The position numbers and the translations under genes were made by a program. From Lama guanicoe (Eukaryota), in NCBI GenBank assembly GCA_013239625.1, contig MU054400.1:293146-357145 (forward strand): a stretch of 64,000 bases of DNA, in the 5' to 3' direction. This document shows, in pieces, positions 35,990-49,526 of this stretch (the first letter of the stretch is position 1; every line of letters starts with the position of its first letter). The notes beneath the pieces were generated by a model. That model did not search any database and had not been told where the DNA came from. It saw only the letters and a list, made by a program, of their open reading frames with translations.

Positions 35990-37560
35990 GGGAATTCATT
36001 TATTCATAGACACACACCCCCAACACCATCAAACACCTATTCTATTAGGAGCCAAGCATCTACTGCACAAAGAAGATTTTTAAAATGAACAAAGATGTGG
36101 CCCCTCCTTCCCTGGAGCTTGTAATCAGGGAAGGGATCGACAATTAAACAGCCGTTACAACGCAGTGAGGTAGGAACCACGCAGGGAGGGCAATGTGACA
36201 AGGAAGGTCAGAGTGGGGCACTTCATCCAGACGAGGGTCCAGAGAAGGCTCCTAGTCCAGAGGATGAGTAGAAGCCATCCAGGTGAAGTGAGAGCTGGGA
36301 GTGTGTTAAACAGAGGAAGTGGCGGGTGCCAAGGTGCTGTGGCCTGGAGGTGGAGGTGGAAGAGCAGAACTAAGAGGAGGCTAGTGTGAGTGGGCACAGA
36401 GGGTGGGGCAGGGCTGGAGAGGCTAAGGCCAGCAGGCCACACAGGGCCTTGCGAGCTGTGTTAGGGGAGCCAGCACGGGCTTCCAACAGAAGAGTGAGAC
36501 TCTTGGGTTTGCCTTTTAGAAAGATCATTCTGATGCAAAAAATTATGTAATTAAAAACAAAAAATTTAAGCAAAGAAAATAAAGCTAAGCCTAGCTACAG
36601 TGTGGATAAAGGAGTTGGGGGGGGGGAGAGTCCATCTCCAAACCAGAGGCAGGAAACCCACCTGAAGGCTGTTACTATAACCTGGGCAAGAGGTGATGGT
36701 GACCTGCCCCAGAGTCTTGTTGGCACAGAGAAAACAGATCTGAAAGACAGATAGAAGATAGAGCTGCAGGACGTGGTGACTGATAGGAGGGGGCTGTGAG
36801 GGAGGCAGGGAGTTGAGAACAATTTTCAAGTGTCTGACTTGGCCACCAGGTAGACAGGGGTGCCGTCCTAGAACACCAGAGGAGGATGAGCAGTGCTGGA
36901 GGAAGAGTATAGGTGTCAGTGTTGGGCAGGTTGGGTGGAGGTACCCAAGGGAGTGGGACGACCCCCCAGGGGCTCAGGAGAGGATCCTGAGTCGGTGATG
37001 AAGCCTTCAGAGTCTCTAGCGCATAGGTCACAGCATAAGCCATGGGAGCAGCTGAGATCACCTGCGGAGATGTGTTGAGTCGGAAGAGGAGGGGCTTAGG
37101 AAAGAACTCTCAGGGTCGGTAACATGAAGCCCCTGGAAGAAAAAGCACCTGTAGGAGCCTGAGGAGGAGCAGTAGGAGAAGTCACAGGAAAGCCAGGTAA
37201 ATGAGGAGTCATGAAACTCAAGAGAAGACTGTTTCAAGAAGGAGGAATCAGTCAGCAAAATTAAATGCTGATGAGAGATCGAGACAAGGAAGACTGGGAA
37301 ATACTATCGGAGGTCCCTGATGACTTTGGCAAAATTCACTTCAGAGGCGTGATGAGGATGGATGCCAAACTGCAGAGACCAGCAGAGGAAGGATGTGGAG
37401 GCCACAGGGACAGGCCTTCGAGGAGACTGATGATGAGTGGGTGCAGAGAGACTGGGCAGTAGCTGGATAGAACTGTGGGGCTCATAGAGGGCTCTTCTGC
37501 TTTGTCTGAAGTTGAGAGAGACATGAGCGTGTTTAAATGCTGATAGGGAGGAGCTAGTAC
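35990..37560 (-). mobile_element. Long degraded L2
   Basis: Starts at the L2 tail (attcatttattcat) and continues with ttttagaaagatcattctg, agcagtaggagaagtcacagga, ttaaatgctgatgagag. Confidence 0.75.
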
Positions 37561-37833
37561 ATTCAAGATGTAATGGGGGTCAGGCTGGGCCTGAAATGGA
37601 CCCCAGATTTCCAATCACCTGTCCAAGGGTGGAGCGAGAGCCCGAGGGCCTCAGAGCCCCCCAGAGTTCAGTGTCTCTCTGAGGAAGTGAGGGAAGAGAA
37701 GGAAGAGGGGGCATTGAGGAAAATGCATAAGTTAGACAACTGAGGTCACACCAGTTTGTGAGTTACTAGTACCAAGCTTCAGTTTCAGTCACTGCATTAC
37801 CATTTGGGGAAAATGTGTTTAAAACTTACTTTT

Positions 37834-37982
37834 GGGGGGAGGGTATAGCTCAAGTGGTAGAGGGCTGGCTTAGCATACACAAGGTCCTGGGTTCAATCCC
37901 CAGTACCTCCTCTAAAAATAAATAAATAAGTAAATCTAATTACCCCCCACCACAAAAAATAAAAAATAAATAAAAATTTTAA
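37834..37982 (+). mobile_element. Camelid-type tRNA-derived SINE
   Basis: ggggggagggtatagctcaagtggtagag...; TSD aaaacttactttt 37821-37833 and aaaacgtactttt 37983-37995. Confidence 0.92.
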
Positions 37983-38079
37983 AAAACGTACTTTTTAAAT
38001 TATTCCATGAAACAAAGCTTTTGGTTCTTTACCAAAATAAATCTTTAGATACTTTAAATGCTTAGAAAAGGGATCCACA

Positions 38080-38310
38080 GGGGCAGCTTGTACATCCAAT
38101 CCAACAGGCAGACAAATATTTAGCCTAAATAGTGTTGTAAGATTCAAGAAATTCCACATAAAAATCTAGACTTCTGAATTCTCTTGAAAGCTTGAAATCT
38201 GGAAACACGGGGACCACGTGGCATCCATCAGATGAGCTAAGTGGTTGCTGCCTTGTTGGAAAGGGGCAAACACCCTCCAGACTGTCCTGGCCTCACCCAG
38301 CCATTTTCTG
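38080..38310. mobile_element. MER102-like hAT-Charlie element
   Basis: aaattccacataaaaatctagacttctgaattctcttgaaa...atctggaaacac. Confidence 0.6.
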
Positions 38311-39444
38311 TTCCAGCCCAGCCCCTAGAGGGGGACTTTTCCGCTCTGGCACCAGGTTGGTTTAGATGGCTCTTTCGTCCGTTCCTGCCCCGCTTTATAA
38401 TTGGGTACTTTCTACATGCAGAGCAGAGAGCTCAGGCATTGGGTACACAACAGTGACTGTGACACTGTCCCTGCTCATGGAGAATGGAAGCTGGAGAGGC
38501 TAGAGGAACCCTAATCTCAACAGGATAGGGCTGCTGGCACCCTTTGACAGCACAGATTTAACTTTGCATTTAGAAAATATTCTAGCTGTCTGCTCGTCCC
38601 ACACACCCACTCATGAACAAAAGCACATTCAGAAACGGATGCTCAACTAGCTATAGAAATTCTGACGTGAATTTCCTGGAGTTTGACACTGTATTGTAGC
38701 AAATGCTTTAGGAGTCAGGCCAGACCACTGCCTGCAGAGGGCAGGGGGAGTATGGTTTAGCACAATACAAGAGAATTTCAAAGAGCACTGGAATGTTTTT
38801 GTTAACAGCAGTCTCACTGCATTCCTTCCTTTTCCTTTACAAGCTGAAGTCATTTCCAATATTGTGCCAATATCTGACCTTGTTTTTGCCAGAACTCAAC
38901 TGAAGAGAGATTGAAACAATAGAGCAGGTATGACCCTAGGGCTCAAAGATTTATTTGTTTCGCTAAAACTCTTGCAGCTGATCATTTGGCCAATGTAAGC
39001 GTGTCTGCCTGCCTGCGTCCCTTGCGGGTACTGTTTTAAGGAGAAGGTGCTCCTTGGAACAGAAGGGTTTTTTCACTACTGAGCCTTCTATATTCCTGCT
39101 GCAGAGAGACGAGGAAAATAAATTTGATAAAGTTTTAATGTGGCCTGAAAAGCGCATTTCACACATGAGGAAGACCTTTGTCTTTTGCAGTTAGAATTAC
39201 TTTTCGTTGAATAAGAAACAAAGATGAAAACAGCGGAAGCCCCAAGGAATTTCATACAATAAAAATATTCCTGTTTTGAGAACTAGTACTAATCAAAGAC
39301 TCTGCGGTGCTGTGGAGTCAAGGTAGGGAACCCAGCTTCTTCTAAGTCTGGAGCTGAAACAATTCTAGGATTTAGAAGTGAGATCACACAGGCTGCTCTG
39401 GTGACCCAGTAGTCCTCCCTCTGTCCCTCCCTTTCAAATCAAGA

Positions 39445-39690
39445 CAGCCACATAGCTCAGTGCCTTATGGATCATGAACTTTGTGTTTGCCTGGGACACA
39501 CCCAGATGTGAACTCCAGCTCTGCTACCTACTAGCTGGGTGATTTGTATAACCTGTGCATTTATTAGCTGTTAACCTTTTTACCTAATGTCTCTAAGCTT
39601 CAGTCTCCTCCCTTATCAAATAAGTCTATTACTATACATTTCAGAGGATTCTGGGGAGAATAGAATGACTGCCCATTATGTAAATCTAAA
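39445..39690 (+). mobile_element. MIR SINE
   Basis: ccagctctgctacctactagctgggtgat...ctctaagcttcagtctcctc. Confidence 0.7.
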
Positions 39691-39819
39691 GAAACGCTAC
39701 AAAAGCTAAACAGAGTTGAGGGGTAGAGCACATAGACTAGGGGACACAGGGCTTAAAAGACAGGTGTGGGAGGGAGAATTACTTCTCACTATTTATATCC
39801 TTTTGCACACTTGAAATTT

Positions 39820-40300
39820 TCTTCAATTTTATTGAGATATAATTACATACAATAAAATTCACCCATTTTTAAGTGCACAGTTTAATGAATTTGGGCAATG
39901 TATATAATAATGTAATCATACAACCACACACTCAAGATATACAACAGTTCTAGCACCCTAAAAATTCCCTTTTGCTCCTTCAGTCTCCTCTTCCACCAGG
40001 GCCCCAGTCAGCCACTTATCTGCTCTCTCTCGTAACTGTTCTGTGTCTTCTAGAATGTCATACAAATGAAATTACACAGCATGTAGCACTTGACCTTTCT
40101 GCTTAGTATGTTTTCAAAATTCATCCACACTATTGTTCATATTAATATTTCTTTTTATTGCTGAGTAATAATTCATAGTGTGGGCATAGCACAATTCGAT
40201 TATGGATTCACCAGGTGATGGACATTCTGGCTGTTTCCAATTTGAGGCTACTATGAACAATGCAGTTGTTAATATTTGCAAACAAGCCTTTGTGTTGTAG
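39820..40300 (-). mobile_element. L1MB/L1ME-type 3' end
   Basis: ttttattgagatataattacatacaataaaattcacccatttttaagtg...ctttttattgctgagtaata. Confidence 0.85.
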
Positions 40301-40624
40301 CTTTTAAGTTTGGTCCCAAATGCACGAATTCCCATTTTTTAAATTAGGGTGTGGGAAGACTCACCTCTCTAAATAACCAGAACCTGGAATAAATGAATAT
40401 AATTACCATTTGGCTGACCAAGATTTATATAACTTCTCTTCACATGCAGTACTCAGTGTCTTTTTAGGTACTATGTATGTAAATATAGCAGCACTATTTG
40501 GCTTCCTCTAAGCAATACAGCTGGTTGGTTTCCCCAGCTGAACAAAATCAACCAAATAACTATGATGATTATAAAATGCCTCCCTGTGGCCTTAAGGGTG
40601 TTTGATTTTCTTTAAAAAATAATC

Positions 40625-40945
40625 TTTAATAGCTACATGCAACAACACATAGGGTATGGGAAATGCATGCATTTGGTACAAAAGAATACATAAATTCAAA
40701 TACAGGCCAAACTAAACTATGGAGATACAATCAGATGAGTGGGTGCCTCTAGCAGGGGTCAGTGGTGTTGATAGGTGCAGGGAGGGAGGGGTGGGGAAGA
40801 GGGGTGATAGAGTCTTGGGGTGCTGGAACTCTTCTCTATCTTCATCTGGTTGCACAAGTGTATATATAGATAAAAATTCATCAGACTGTGCAATTAAGAT
40901 TAGTGCACTTTACTATATATACGTTTACCTCAATTTTTAAAAGTG
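40625..40945 (+). mobile_element. L1ME-type 3' end
   Basis: aaactaaactatgg...aaaattcatcagactgtgcaattaagattagtgcacttta. Confidence 0.75.
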
Positions 40946-42323
40946 TAAAGCAAATCATAGCAATAATCTTTAATCTTGGGTCAAATGAGTCATGTGTATG
41001 AATGCCTGGCATTATACCTGGCACATAATAAATGGTGCTTAATAAATATTCCCTTGTTTTCATTTCCGAGGGAAATGTTTGGCAAAATGTTAACATTACA
41101 ATCATGGAGTTGAACTATTCACTTTTTTTTTTTTTTTTTTACATGGATTTTCAGCTGGGCATTGGGTTCGTGGAATCTCAGAGGTCTTGCACAGAGCCAC
41201 CCGGTCCAGGGCTGTGCTTGCCACTTCCCCAGGATGGAGGATCCCACTGGCCTTGGGCACCCCAGATACCACCAAGAATGGAAACAATGGAACACTTGAG
41301 CGAACTGAAGCAGATATTTTAAGGCTGCTAGCAGGGTCTTGCCATCCCAAACCTTTACCTAAACCTCCCCTTGCAGCTTGGAAAGTTCGTGTAGGGCAAA
41401 GGTCCAGGAAAACTTCCAGGAATGGATCTTTGAGAGCAACAGTCACCCAGCTTGAGTAATCTGGACACAGACTGATCTAACAAATCTGTCTGGTCCACAA
41501 TGTGAACCGACTGCTTCTTGGCAGCTGCGGGTCAACCGTTCTTGTGTCCAAGTAGCATTATTTTTTTTGTCTTTCTGACATAGCCTTGTCCTCTTATACA
41601 GACTTCAAGACAGACAAGAGAAACAGTTTGGGGCAACCAGCCATGTCTGAGTCATTTTCTTGTATCTTTGACACTAAGAAAAGGGACTCTGGGAGCCATA
41701 AGAAATAATGAAATGATGTATCAAATGTTAATTCTTTGACTTCCACAAGACCATTTATGCAGTGAGAGGTGCACTTATGGAGTAACAGCCCAGTAGCTTG
41801 AAAGAGTCAGTAGAGCTTCCAAAGATATGGAAAACTGATAAAGATCCAGTCCTCAGCTCAATGTAAGCAAAATCGATTTCCTGGCTCAAAGTTGAACGAC
41901 CTGTCTTTAAAAAGCTGACCTTCTTTAGAGAAATGTGACAAAATCTCACAGCTTGAAACAGTAAAATCTGTAAGTGGTTCCCCAGAGTAGGGATCCAGGG
42001 TGTTCCTGCAAGAGATGAGCCTGGACAAGCTGGAGGGAGAAGGTTGACACAGCAGGTCCAGAAGGATCAGAACATGTTAGAATGGCAATGGGCACTGATA
42101 CAATGCAGAATGAGAACTTAGACACTGACCTCGAACATATGCCTGCTGCGCTCTGCTGGAGATAATAGCTGATTGTCTAGGATTTTAATCGAAGAGGTGA
42201 TGCTAATGAACAACCTTCTCTGACATTGTCATTTAAATGGGTAGAGAGAAACCCCATGCTTGGCATCCCCCACTCCATTTCTGCCTGAATGCTGGAGGTG
42301 CTGCTTCCAGATGCCATCCAGCA

Positions 42324-42324
<1 letters not shown>

Positions 42325-42356
<32 letters not shown>
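42325..42356. repeat. Perfect (AC)16 microsatellite
   Basis: Seen directly. Confidence 0.97.
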
Positions 42357-42358
<2 letters not shown>

Positions 42359-42755
42359 TTGTCATGACAACTGAGGAATAGTCTAAATAAAATACACACT
42401 GAAGCCGTATCTGGAATGAAGCCAGTAATTCAGACATTTTGTTAAAGACTTTTTTTTTCCACTTGTTTGTATACCTAGCAGCAACAAAAACCCATCTGTC
42501 TACACTGTAGTCAGTACTCCTGCCTAACTAAGCACTGAATCTTGGGATCTTAGGACACTAAAATTAAAGCACTGGTATTTAAGGCATACATTTTTTTCAA
42601 AAGAGCTCTCTGGTTGGAGTTTGCCCAACTTCTCAAGGTTCTCACCCTTGGATTAGTTCCTAGGACTCTAATCCAGGAGTCATAGGAACTAGGCCACAAT
42701 AAATATAAATTAAAATAAAATAGAATAACTGCCAAACCAGTCTAGAATAAAGTTC

Positions 42756-42950
42756 TGGATGGATGGGCTTGGAGGGCATCACACTAAGTGAAGTAAGTCA
42801 GAGAAGGACAAATACTGTATGACATTACTTATATGTGGAATCTAAAAAAATACAAAAACTAGTGAACATAAGAAAAACGAAGCAGAGGTACAAACTACTG
42901 GCTGTAAGATAAGCTAAAAGGATGTACTGTACAACATGGGAGTGTAGCCA
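42756..42950 (+). mobile_element. L1 3' fragment with no poly(A) tail
   Basis: atggatgggcttggagggcat...ctaagtgaagtaagtcaga...cttatatgtggaatctaaaaa. Confidence 0.8.
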
Positions 42951-42954
42951 GTGT

Positions 42955-43590
42955 CCTGTCTGATAGGAGAGTCTTTGTTGCTGGGAAGCTCTGGCCACTG
43001 ACAGTCTAACAATGTGATTTATGATGGGGGCCTCAAGGCCACGCAGTATCAGAGGGAACTGATGCCTAAAGGTATCAGCCTGACCTCTGTAATGCTAGAG
43101 ACGAAAGGTCAGCCACATGAACAGTGTGTGATCAAGTCCCAATAAAAGCTCTGGCCCCCAAGGGCTCCAGTGAGCTTCCCTGGTTGGCACTCCTCTGTGT
43201 GTATTGTCACACATGGTGACTGGGAGGAGGTGATCCTGTCTGTGATTACACAGGGGCAGAATGAGCAGAAGCTCCACATGTGGACCTGTCCTGTGGACTC
43301 TGTCTCTGTGTCTCTTTCCTTGGCTGATTTTAATTTCCATCCTTTTGCTGTAATAAGACTGTAATAATAAGTATTACACTCCTGAGTTCTATAAGTCATT
43401 CCAGCAGATGATCAAACCTAAGGGTGGTTGTGAGGACCCCAAAATCTGCAGCCACCTGGCCTGAAGGGAGGATGGTCCTAGGACCATCAAACTTGTGGCT
43501 GTTGCCTGAAGTAAGGGCAGTCTTGTGAGGACTGTTCCCTCAAACTGTACAGTTGGAAAAACCCACAGCATAGTCTGGAGATGTTGGTTA
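42955..43590 (+). mobile_element. MER21/MER77-like LTR, 5'-truncated
   Basis: gtgagcttccctggttggca, ccttggctgattttaat, ctgagttct, gggcagtcttgtg. Confidence 0.7.
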
Positions 43591-44129
43591 TGTGGGAAAC
43601 TGTCTGCAAGCCTGGAGAGTCTGGACATGATGCTGTAGGCAATTAAGTTCTTGAACAAAAGAACAAGATGGGCAAAGTATAGTTTCACCTCATAATAGTG
43701 CAAAATGCAGGGGCAAGGAGATGAGTTAGGGGACTTCTTTTGCCTAAATGCAGGAAGATGAAGGTCTGGACTGGGGCTACGGCTAAGAAAGGAGAAGGCT
43801 GTGTGGATAATAACGTTTAGGAGGGCACGCACTGTGCAGGCATTGTTGAGTACTCTGTACACTTCTGTGGGTGTGTGCTCCTCTGTTTTGTATTTTTAAA
43901 TGTTCCTGGTCCCTGATTTACTTTCATTTGGTCACACTGTAAAACACACACACATTTTTGAAAACATACCCAAACACCAGGAATTAGAAGGGCATAAATA
44001 AGGGGGACTTAAGCGCTGAAAGAATAGCCTATGCTTCAGAACAAAACAATACCAATAAATTATTGAAAATTCCTTTGTTCAACACACAAAGATGTTTTGT
44101 TTTTAATGGGAAAGATTTAGAGTTAAGTT

Positions 44130-44345
44130 CCTGTGCTGCCTGAGGCAGGGCCTGGCTTCTCTCCATATTAATCCTCAAAACAGCTTATAAGGTGGACCAT
44201 GTTATTATCAACCATTGTACAGATAGGGGAGAAAAAACAGAAGCACAGAGAGTAATCAATTTCCTCCAAATCACCCAGCAGGCAGAACCGAGATTTGAAC
44301 CCAGCTGGAATCTGACAGCAGATCCTGACTCATAACTGTTCTATT
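44130..44345 (-). mobile_element. MIR SINE
   Basis: ttaatcctcaaaacagc...gcacagagag...gcagaaccgagatttgaaccca. Confidence 0.75.
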
Positions 44346-44639
44346 GCTTGAGCTCTACTACATGTAAGGCACTGTGGTAAAAAGATCAACAATATTTTCT
44401 GGCTAACTGGATAAAAGAGGAGAAAGAAAGGGTAAAGGACAACTCCAAGGTTTAGTGCACTGATAAAAGGGAAAGATGTGGATGTCTTCTATTTCACCAT
44501 GACCAGACAGAACACAAGCCCGGGTCCATATCTGCCACTACCACCGGGAACTTGCCTAAGTCACTTAACTTTCCTTGGGCCTCCAGTCCTTTGGTCAGGG
44601 TAATCCCTAAATTCCCTGCCAGCTATGAGAAGCAGCAGA

Positions 44640-44870
44640 GTGAGCAGCCAGCAGCATGAGCGCTTGATCACACAGGCTTGGGTCCTGGCTCCTCATTTCC
44701 TGTGTGGCCTTGGGCAGGTGACTGAGCCTTGGCATACTCATCTTGTAAATGGGGATTACAATATCTAGGTCAGAGGGAGGCTGTGAGGATATTTACTATA
44801 ATGAAATAATCCATGGGAAGCCCTTGGCACAAAGCCTGGCATCCTGCTAAGCACTTAATACATGATGGTT
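44640..44870 (+). mobile_element. MIR SINE
   Basis: ctgtgtggccttgggcaggtgact...ctcatcttgtaaatggggat...gtgaggat. Confidence 0.75.
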
Positions 44871-47800
44871 TTATTGTGAGTATTCCAGCTCTAACATGCT
44901 ACGGGATAATGCAGAACCACCATTCCAGAGAATGCCATTGGCCAAACTCAAAGGTGAATGGATAATTAATTTATCAACCCTTACCAATAAAAATATAAGA
45001 GAAGCTTTTATTAACCACCCTTATGCAGATGTACATTCTGTATTCTACTGTGTCACATTTGTTATTGTCCGGCGCCATGGTAATTAATACATATGCTAAG
45101 TATGCAAGTCCACACTGATGCATAACCAAATTGTGCAACAACAATAAAACGGATAATATTATAAAATGAAGATTCAGCATCACATCAGACCTTGACCAAA
45201 ACACAAATGAATCAGCACTTCCCTAAAGTGTGATGGGACAGAACTTTGGTTCTAATCAAGTCCTAGATGCCTAAATTACTTAATCCATTTTCTGTCAACT
45301 CTAAGCAAAATTAACTTCAAATTTATCCAAAGGATTATCTCAATTTTCTTTTTTTTTACCCCATACTTGCCATCAGAGATAGCATTATGACCTCATCCAC
45401 ATTTCTGTATAATGAGCTTACTCTTGGTGAATGAAGGAAAATCCTTTAAACCTGGGGATTGTTGAAAATAAGCATCCCTGCTTACTGTGTATCCAGTGCC
45501 CTATATTTACCCACTAACAGAGATCAGTTAAAAACCAGCCTATTTGGGTCTAAACACCTGTTCATTTATCCTGAATTAGAGGCACAGGGAAGAAACGCCC
45601 AACCAGAGATTAAAGAGTGAAATGCAAAGCTAATACAGTTTAATTAAATACACATATATAACATATATGATAGCAACTTTCATTTCATAACGCGGTGTCT
45701 CCTAGTAATGAAAAGGAAACACAGGGATTGCATGAGCACAAGGGCTGTATGATAGTTCCATCGACATTAACCTCAAAATGCAGTATTTTTCAGTAACGAA
45801 GGAAAGAAAAGGAATTAAGCAGTTGCAGTGACATGCATGAGCAGGAAGTGAGGTAATGGAGGTAAAATGGGAGAAGCATCGTTCCCTCTTCTACATGGTT
45901 CCTGGTCTCAGTTTTCTTACTTATCACTAGACTCTAAGTTCCCCACAGGTAGAGATCCTGTCTGTCATGTTCAGCCTTATAACCTCCAGAGCTCCCGTGC
46001 TAACACAGTGCTGGCACATATTGGATTCTCAGTAACCATGCATTGTATAGAAGAATTTTAATATTTTCTAAATCTATTCTCGGTTTGCCTGATAGCTAAT
46101 GAAACATCGATCGTTTTTCCCATCTCAATTTATACAACTAAAGTTGGAATTAGAAATTGCAATGATTATTAATATTATTTTATCTAATTATTGTTCCATG
46201 TTAGCCACCTCATCTTTCAATAGTCACCTCCCTCCTTCACTGGCCACAGGGAAAGGGAGAATGTCAATGTGAATATACGGGCAGTTAGAAGTCACTGAGC
46301 TAAGTGCCTGAGAGTCTGATCACAAAAATAGAAGCATAAAACCAGTTTCTTCCCTTATTATTGATTAAAGATGGTTCTCAAATCAAATCAATAGACATTT
46401 TCTGGGTGCCCACTATGAGAAAAGCCATGGGCACAATGAAGACTACTAAGATTTGCTTCCTAAGGACTTATGACTTGGGAGAGTTAGAAATTTTATATAA
46501 ATTATTTGCTCCCATTAATTCCTAGCTCTGTTCCCAATGTGATTCAACATTATTCCATGTCTAAGGGACTGCCCATTCATCCACAACCACTCACATGCAT
46601 CTCCGATCATCTCATTTTGTAGACATAGAATGATCTGTAATTTCATCAAAGCTGGTGTACAGCTGTTCAGGACGTCCACTACCAGTTCGGCATGCTGGCA
46701 CTGGAAAGTGAAGCCCACAATGTCACTGGAAAGGGGCAGTGAGGTAGAAAAAAGTTAAATCAGCCAAAATATTCGGTAAGACCTGATTAAGCAGCGGTCC
46801 CTCCTTGTTCAGCACAATTTTTTGAAGCTCTCAGAATTCTAAGCCAGGGATACCAGGAGGGGTGGGCCGGTTAATTGCTGTAGAAGATATTCCTAGTTGT
46901 CTGATACGTTTGGTTGGTTTTCTGTTTGGTTTTCGGTTTTCGGTTTGAGGGGTTTTGTTTTTGTTTTGCTTAGATTTGTCTTAGACTGTACTCAAAGCCA
47001 GGCAGTTTGTTTGATGAGAACTCCGCCCCCTAACATCTGGCCTTGCCCTGTTTCTGTCAATCAAGTGACTGGGTTTATATAACAAGAGATTTACATAGCT
47101 TGAGAGGGCTGTGCAAAGCTCCTTTAGAGAAGTCCCAGGTCGAGGTTAGTTTGCTTGCACATCATCCTGATTCCTACCTTCATTCTAGATCTTTTATCTC
47201 TTGGTTGTTAGCAGGCCTTTCATTTCTTCAGATAAATTACTTTGAGTTTATACTAGACTCTGTGCTGGAGAGAGGCTCATCTGCCTTCCCCCAGCCCTGG
47301 GAGAGTCTCCTCCGGTGCCAGGGCAGGATCCTGAGTGTGTCCTTAAGCTCTGGGCTCACTTTCTCCATCAGTAAAACAGGGAGCGTCCCTTGACCCCCAG
47401 ATTGGGACTGACTCTTTTGAGTGCCTGCGGCAGACTGCCTTTGTGCAAATCATTTAGAATGTTTCAACCTCACAGCTTACAACTTCGATTTATAGGTTTT
47501 TGTCTGAACTTTCAAAACTTGCCCCCAGGCAAGGCGACCTCGATTCTGCCCCATCACTCCTGGGGCCACTGTATCCTTTGCTGTGGAGAGGAAGAACAAT
47601 ATGGCCTATTTACTTCTTTGAAACACATTCCCTAAGATGAATAAATATACCTTCCCAAAACAATTTCCTGCTGTTTTTGCTAAACTGGATACCTTTTAGC
47701 TCTAAGAAATCGATTTAAAACTTTTTTTAAAAAGTGGTGGGGGCAGAAGGACTTAACCAAATCACGCCAACGTATCTAATTAACAGCTTGCCTAAGTGGT

Positions 47801-49399
47801 AAACACACTGCCACTTTACTCAAACGCCTGCATTTTCTTCTTTTGCAGATGTTATTTCCTCTCCAGCTATGTTGCCATGCACAAATTATGTAATACTGTC
47901 GATGGCTTCATCTCTCTGACTTTTGAGTTGAAATTCCAACTCTAGTTGTGTTAATATACCCAAAAAAGGTGGATGCACTCAGGTAACTCAGCTTGGCAAG
48001 GTCAGCCTTCCCTCAGGTCATCAGCAACTTGTTTCGGTAACATGGCTGTTTTTCAGGTATGAATTAAAACAGTTAATTATCCTCAAGGAAAAGGACACAT
48101 GGGGCCCAATCCTCATGTCTGTGGCATCATTTGTCACCACTGACATTCTCGATCGTTTTGTCCTCCACACAGTAGTGAGGTGGTGTTTGTATTGTTTGCC
48201 TGGCCGTAATGCATTTGTACCAAGCCCAGCACATTCCCTAACCTGGCTCTCCTGGGACCAATGTTGAGTGGGGTCATGTGTGCTGTTAGGGGCAGGGAAA
48301 CAAGGAGGCTTAACCAGAGGAATGGAAGCTCTGCCTGTAATCCCATTCACACTAGGCTTTACTGACCCAGCACTTTGGTCATTAGATTGATGTCTCCTCA
48401 AACTCGAGGCAGCACTATGGAAACCAAGACCTTTCAGGGTGAGTCAAGCAAGCCCAGCCTTACAGGGATTTGCAAGTTAGTTGGTATAAGCAGTGAGTAT
48501 TGTTAGAGAGCTCTGGGACTTTGAACTCTGGTGGGGTGGGGTTCGTGGAACCCTTTGTTCCCAAGAGCAGGCTATTACCTTCTTCACAGGGAGTTTGGTG
48601 GTACATGAACAATTGTACCTGCCTCCTCTAGTCTTGGGGAATTTAAAAAAATCTAACGTTACTGGAAGAAGCAAACCAACTAAGATCTCCATTCTGGCCA
48701 GAGGGCAAAAACCATCGGAGTGATTTACTGGGCACATTTAGCACTTGTTTCACTTGCAGGAAGCTTGGGACCCCCCGGAGGGATAAAGGATGAATATTTA
48801 TTGGAGTCTAATAATAGTGGGAAAATCAGATTTTGTATTTTTTCAGTGAAAGAAATAGGGTGATATTTTTATATCCCCCTCAGGAATTTCTGTCTCAATA
48901 GGTCATTTTTGATATATATATTCATAACCTACCCTGGTAATTAGCTAAAACTTACAAATGCACCATGACCTGCCTATATTGCTGTTTCTTGTGTTTGTAG
49001 TTAACTGAGGAATACAAAATGTAGTCAGGCTTCCAATCAATATTTACAAAGCAGTTACCATGTCCCAGGCACTGGGGACGCAAAAATGAATAAAATTCAG
49101 TCCCCACACATAAGTAACACACAATCCTGTTAGAAAAACAGAAATGTATACCATTAATTGCATGTGTGTGCCAGCTGAATATAAAATCCTGGCTTCCTCT
49201 GGCCAGGAGAAGGTTTAAAGGGTTACACAGGAAGGAATGGCATGTCTCTGCCCAAAGGGGGGTCATTTCAGATAGATTTGGAAAGGCACTCATCCCACTG
49301 AAAGGAAGAGAATAACTCCTCTGTGTCCACAGAGCAGGACAGTCAAGGACTCCAGAGGCTGATAAACAGAACTACCCAGATTAGCTTGATTCTTCATTC

Positions 49400-49526
49400 T
49401 TTTTTTTCAGGTTTTTAAATTTTTTTATATTTTTAATTATTATTATTTTTTATGGATGTACTGGGGATTGAACCCAGGACCTCATGCATGCTAAACATGC
49501 ACTCTACTACTGAGTATACCCTCCCC
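49400..49526 (-). mobile_element. Camelid-type tRNA-derived SINE
   Basis: gtactggggattgaacccaggacctcatgcatgctaaacatgcactctactactgag. Confidence 0.9.

Noticed and set aside
40780..40804. G-quadruplex motif GGGAGGGAGGGGTGGGG
   Set aside because: Ordinary G-rich tract of an L1 3' UTR
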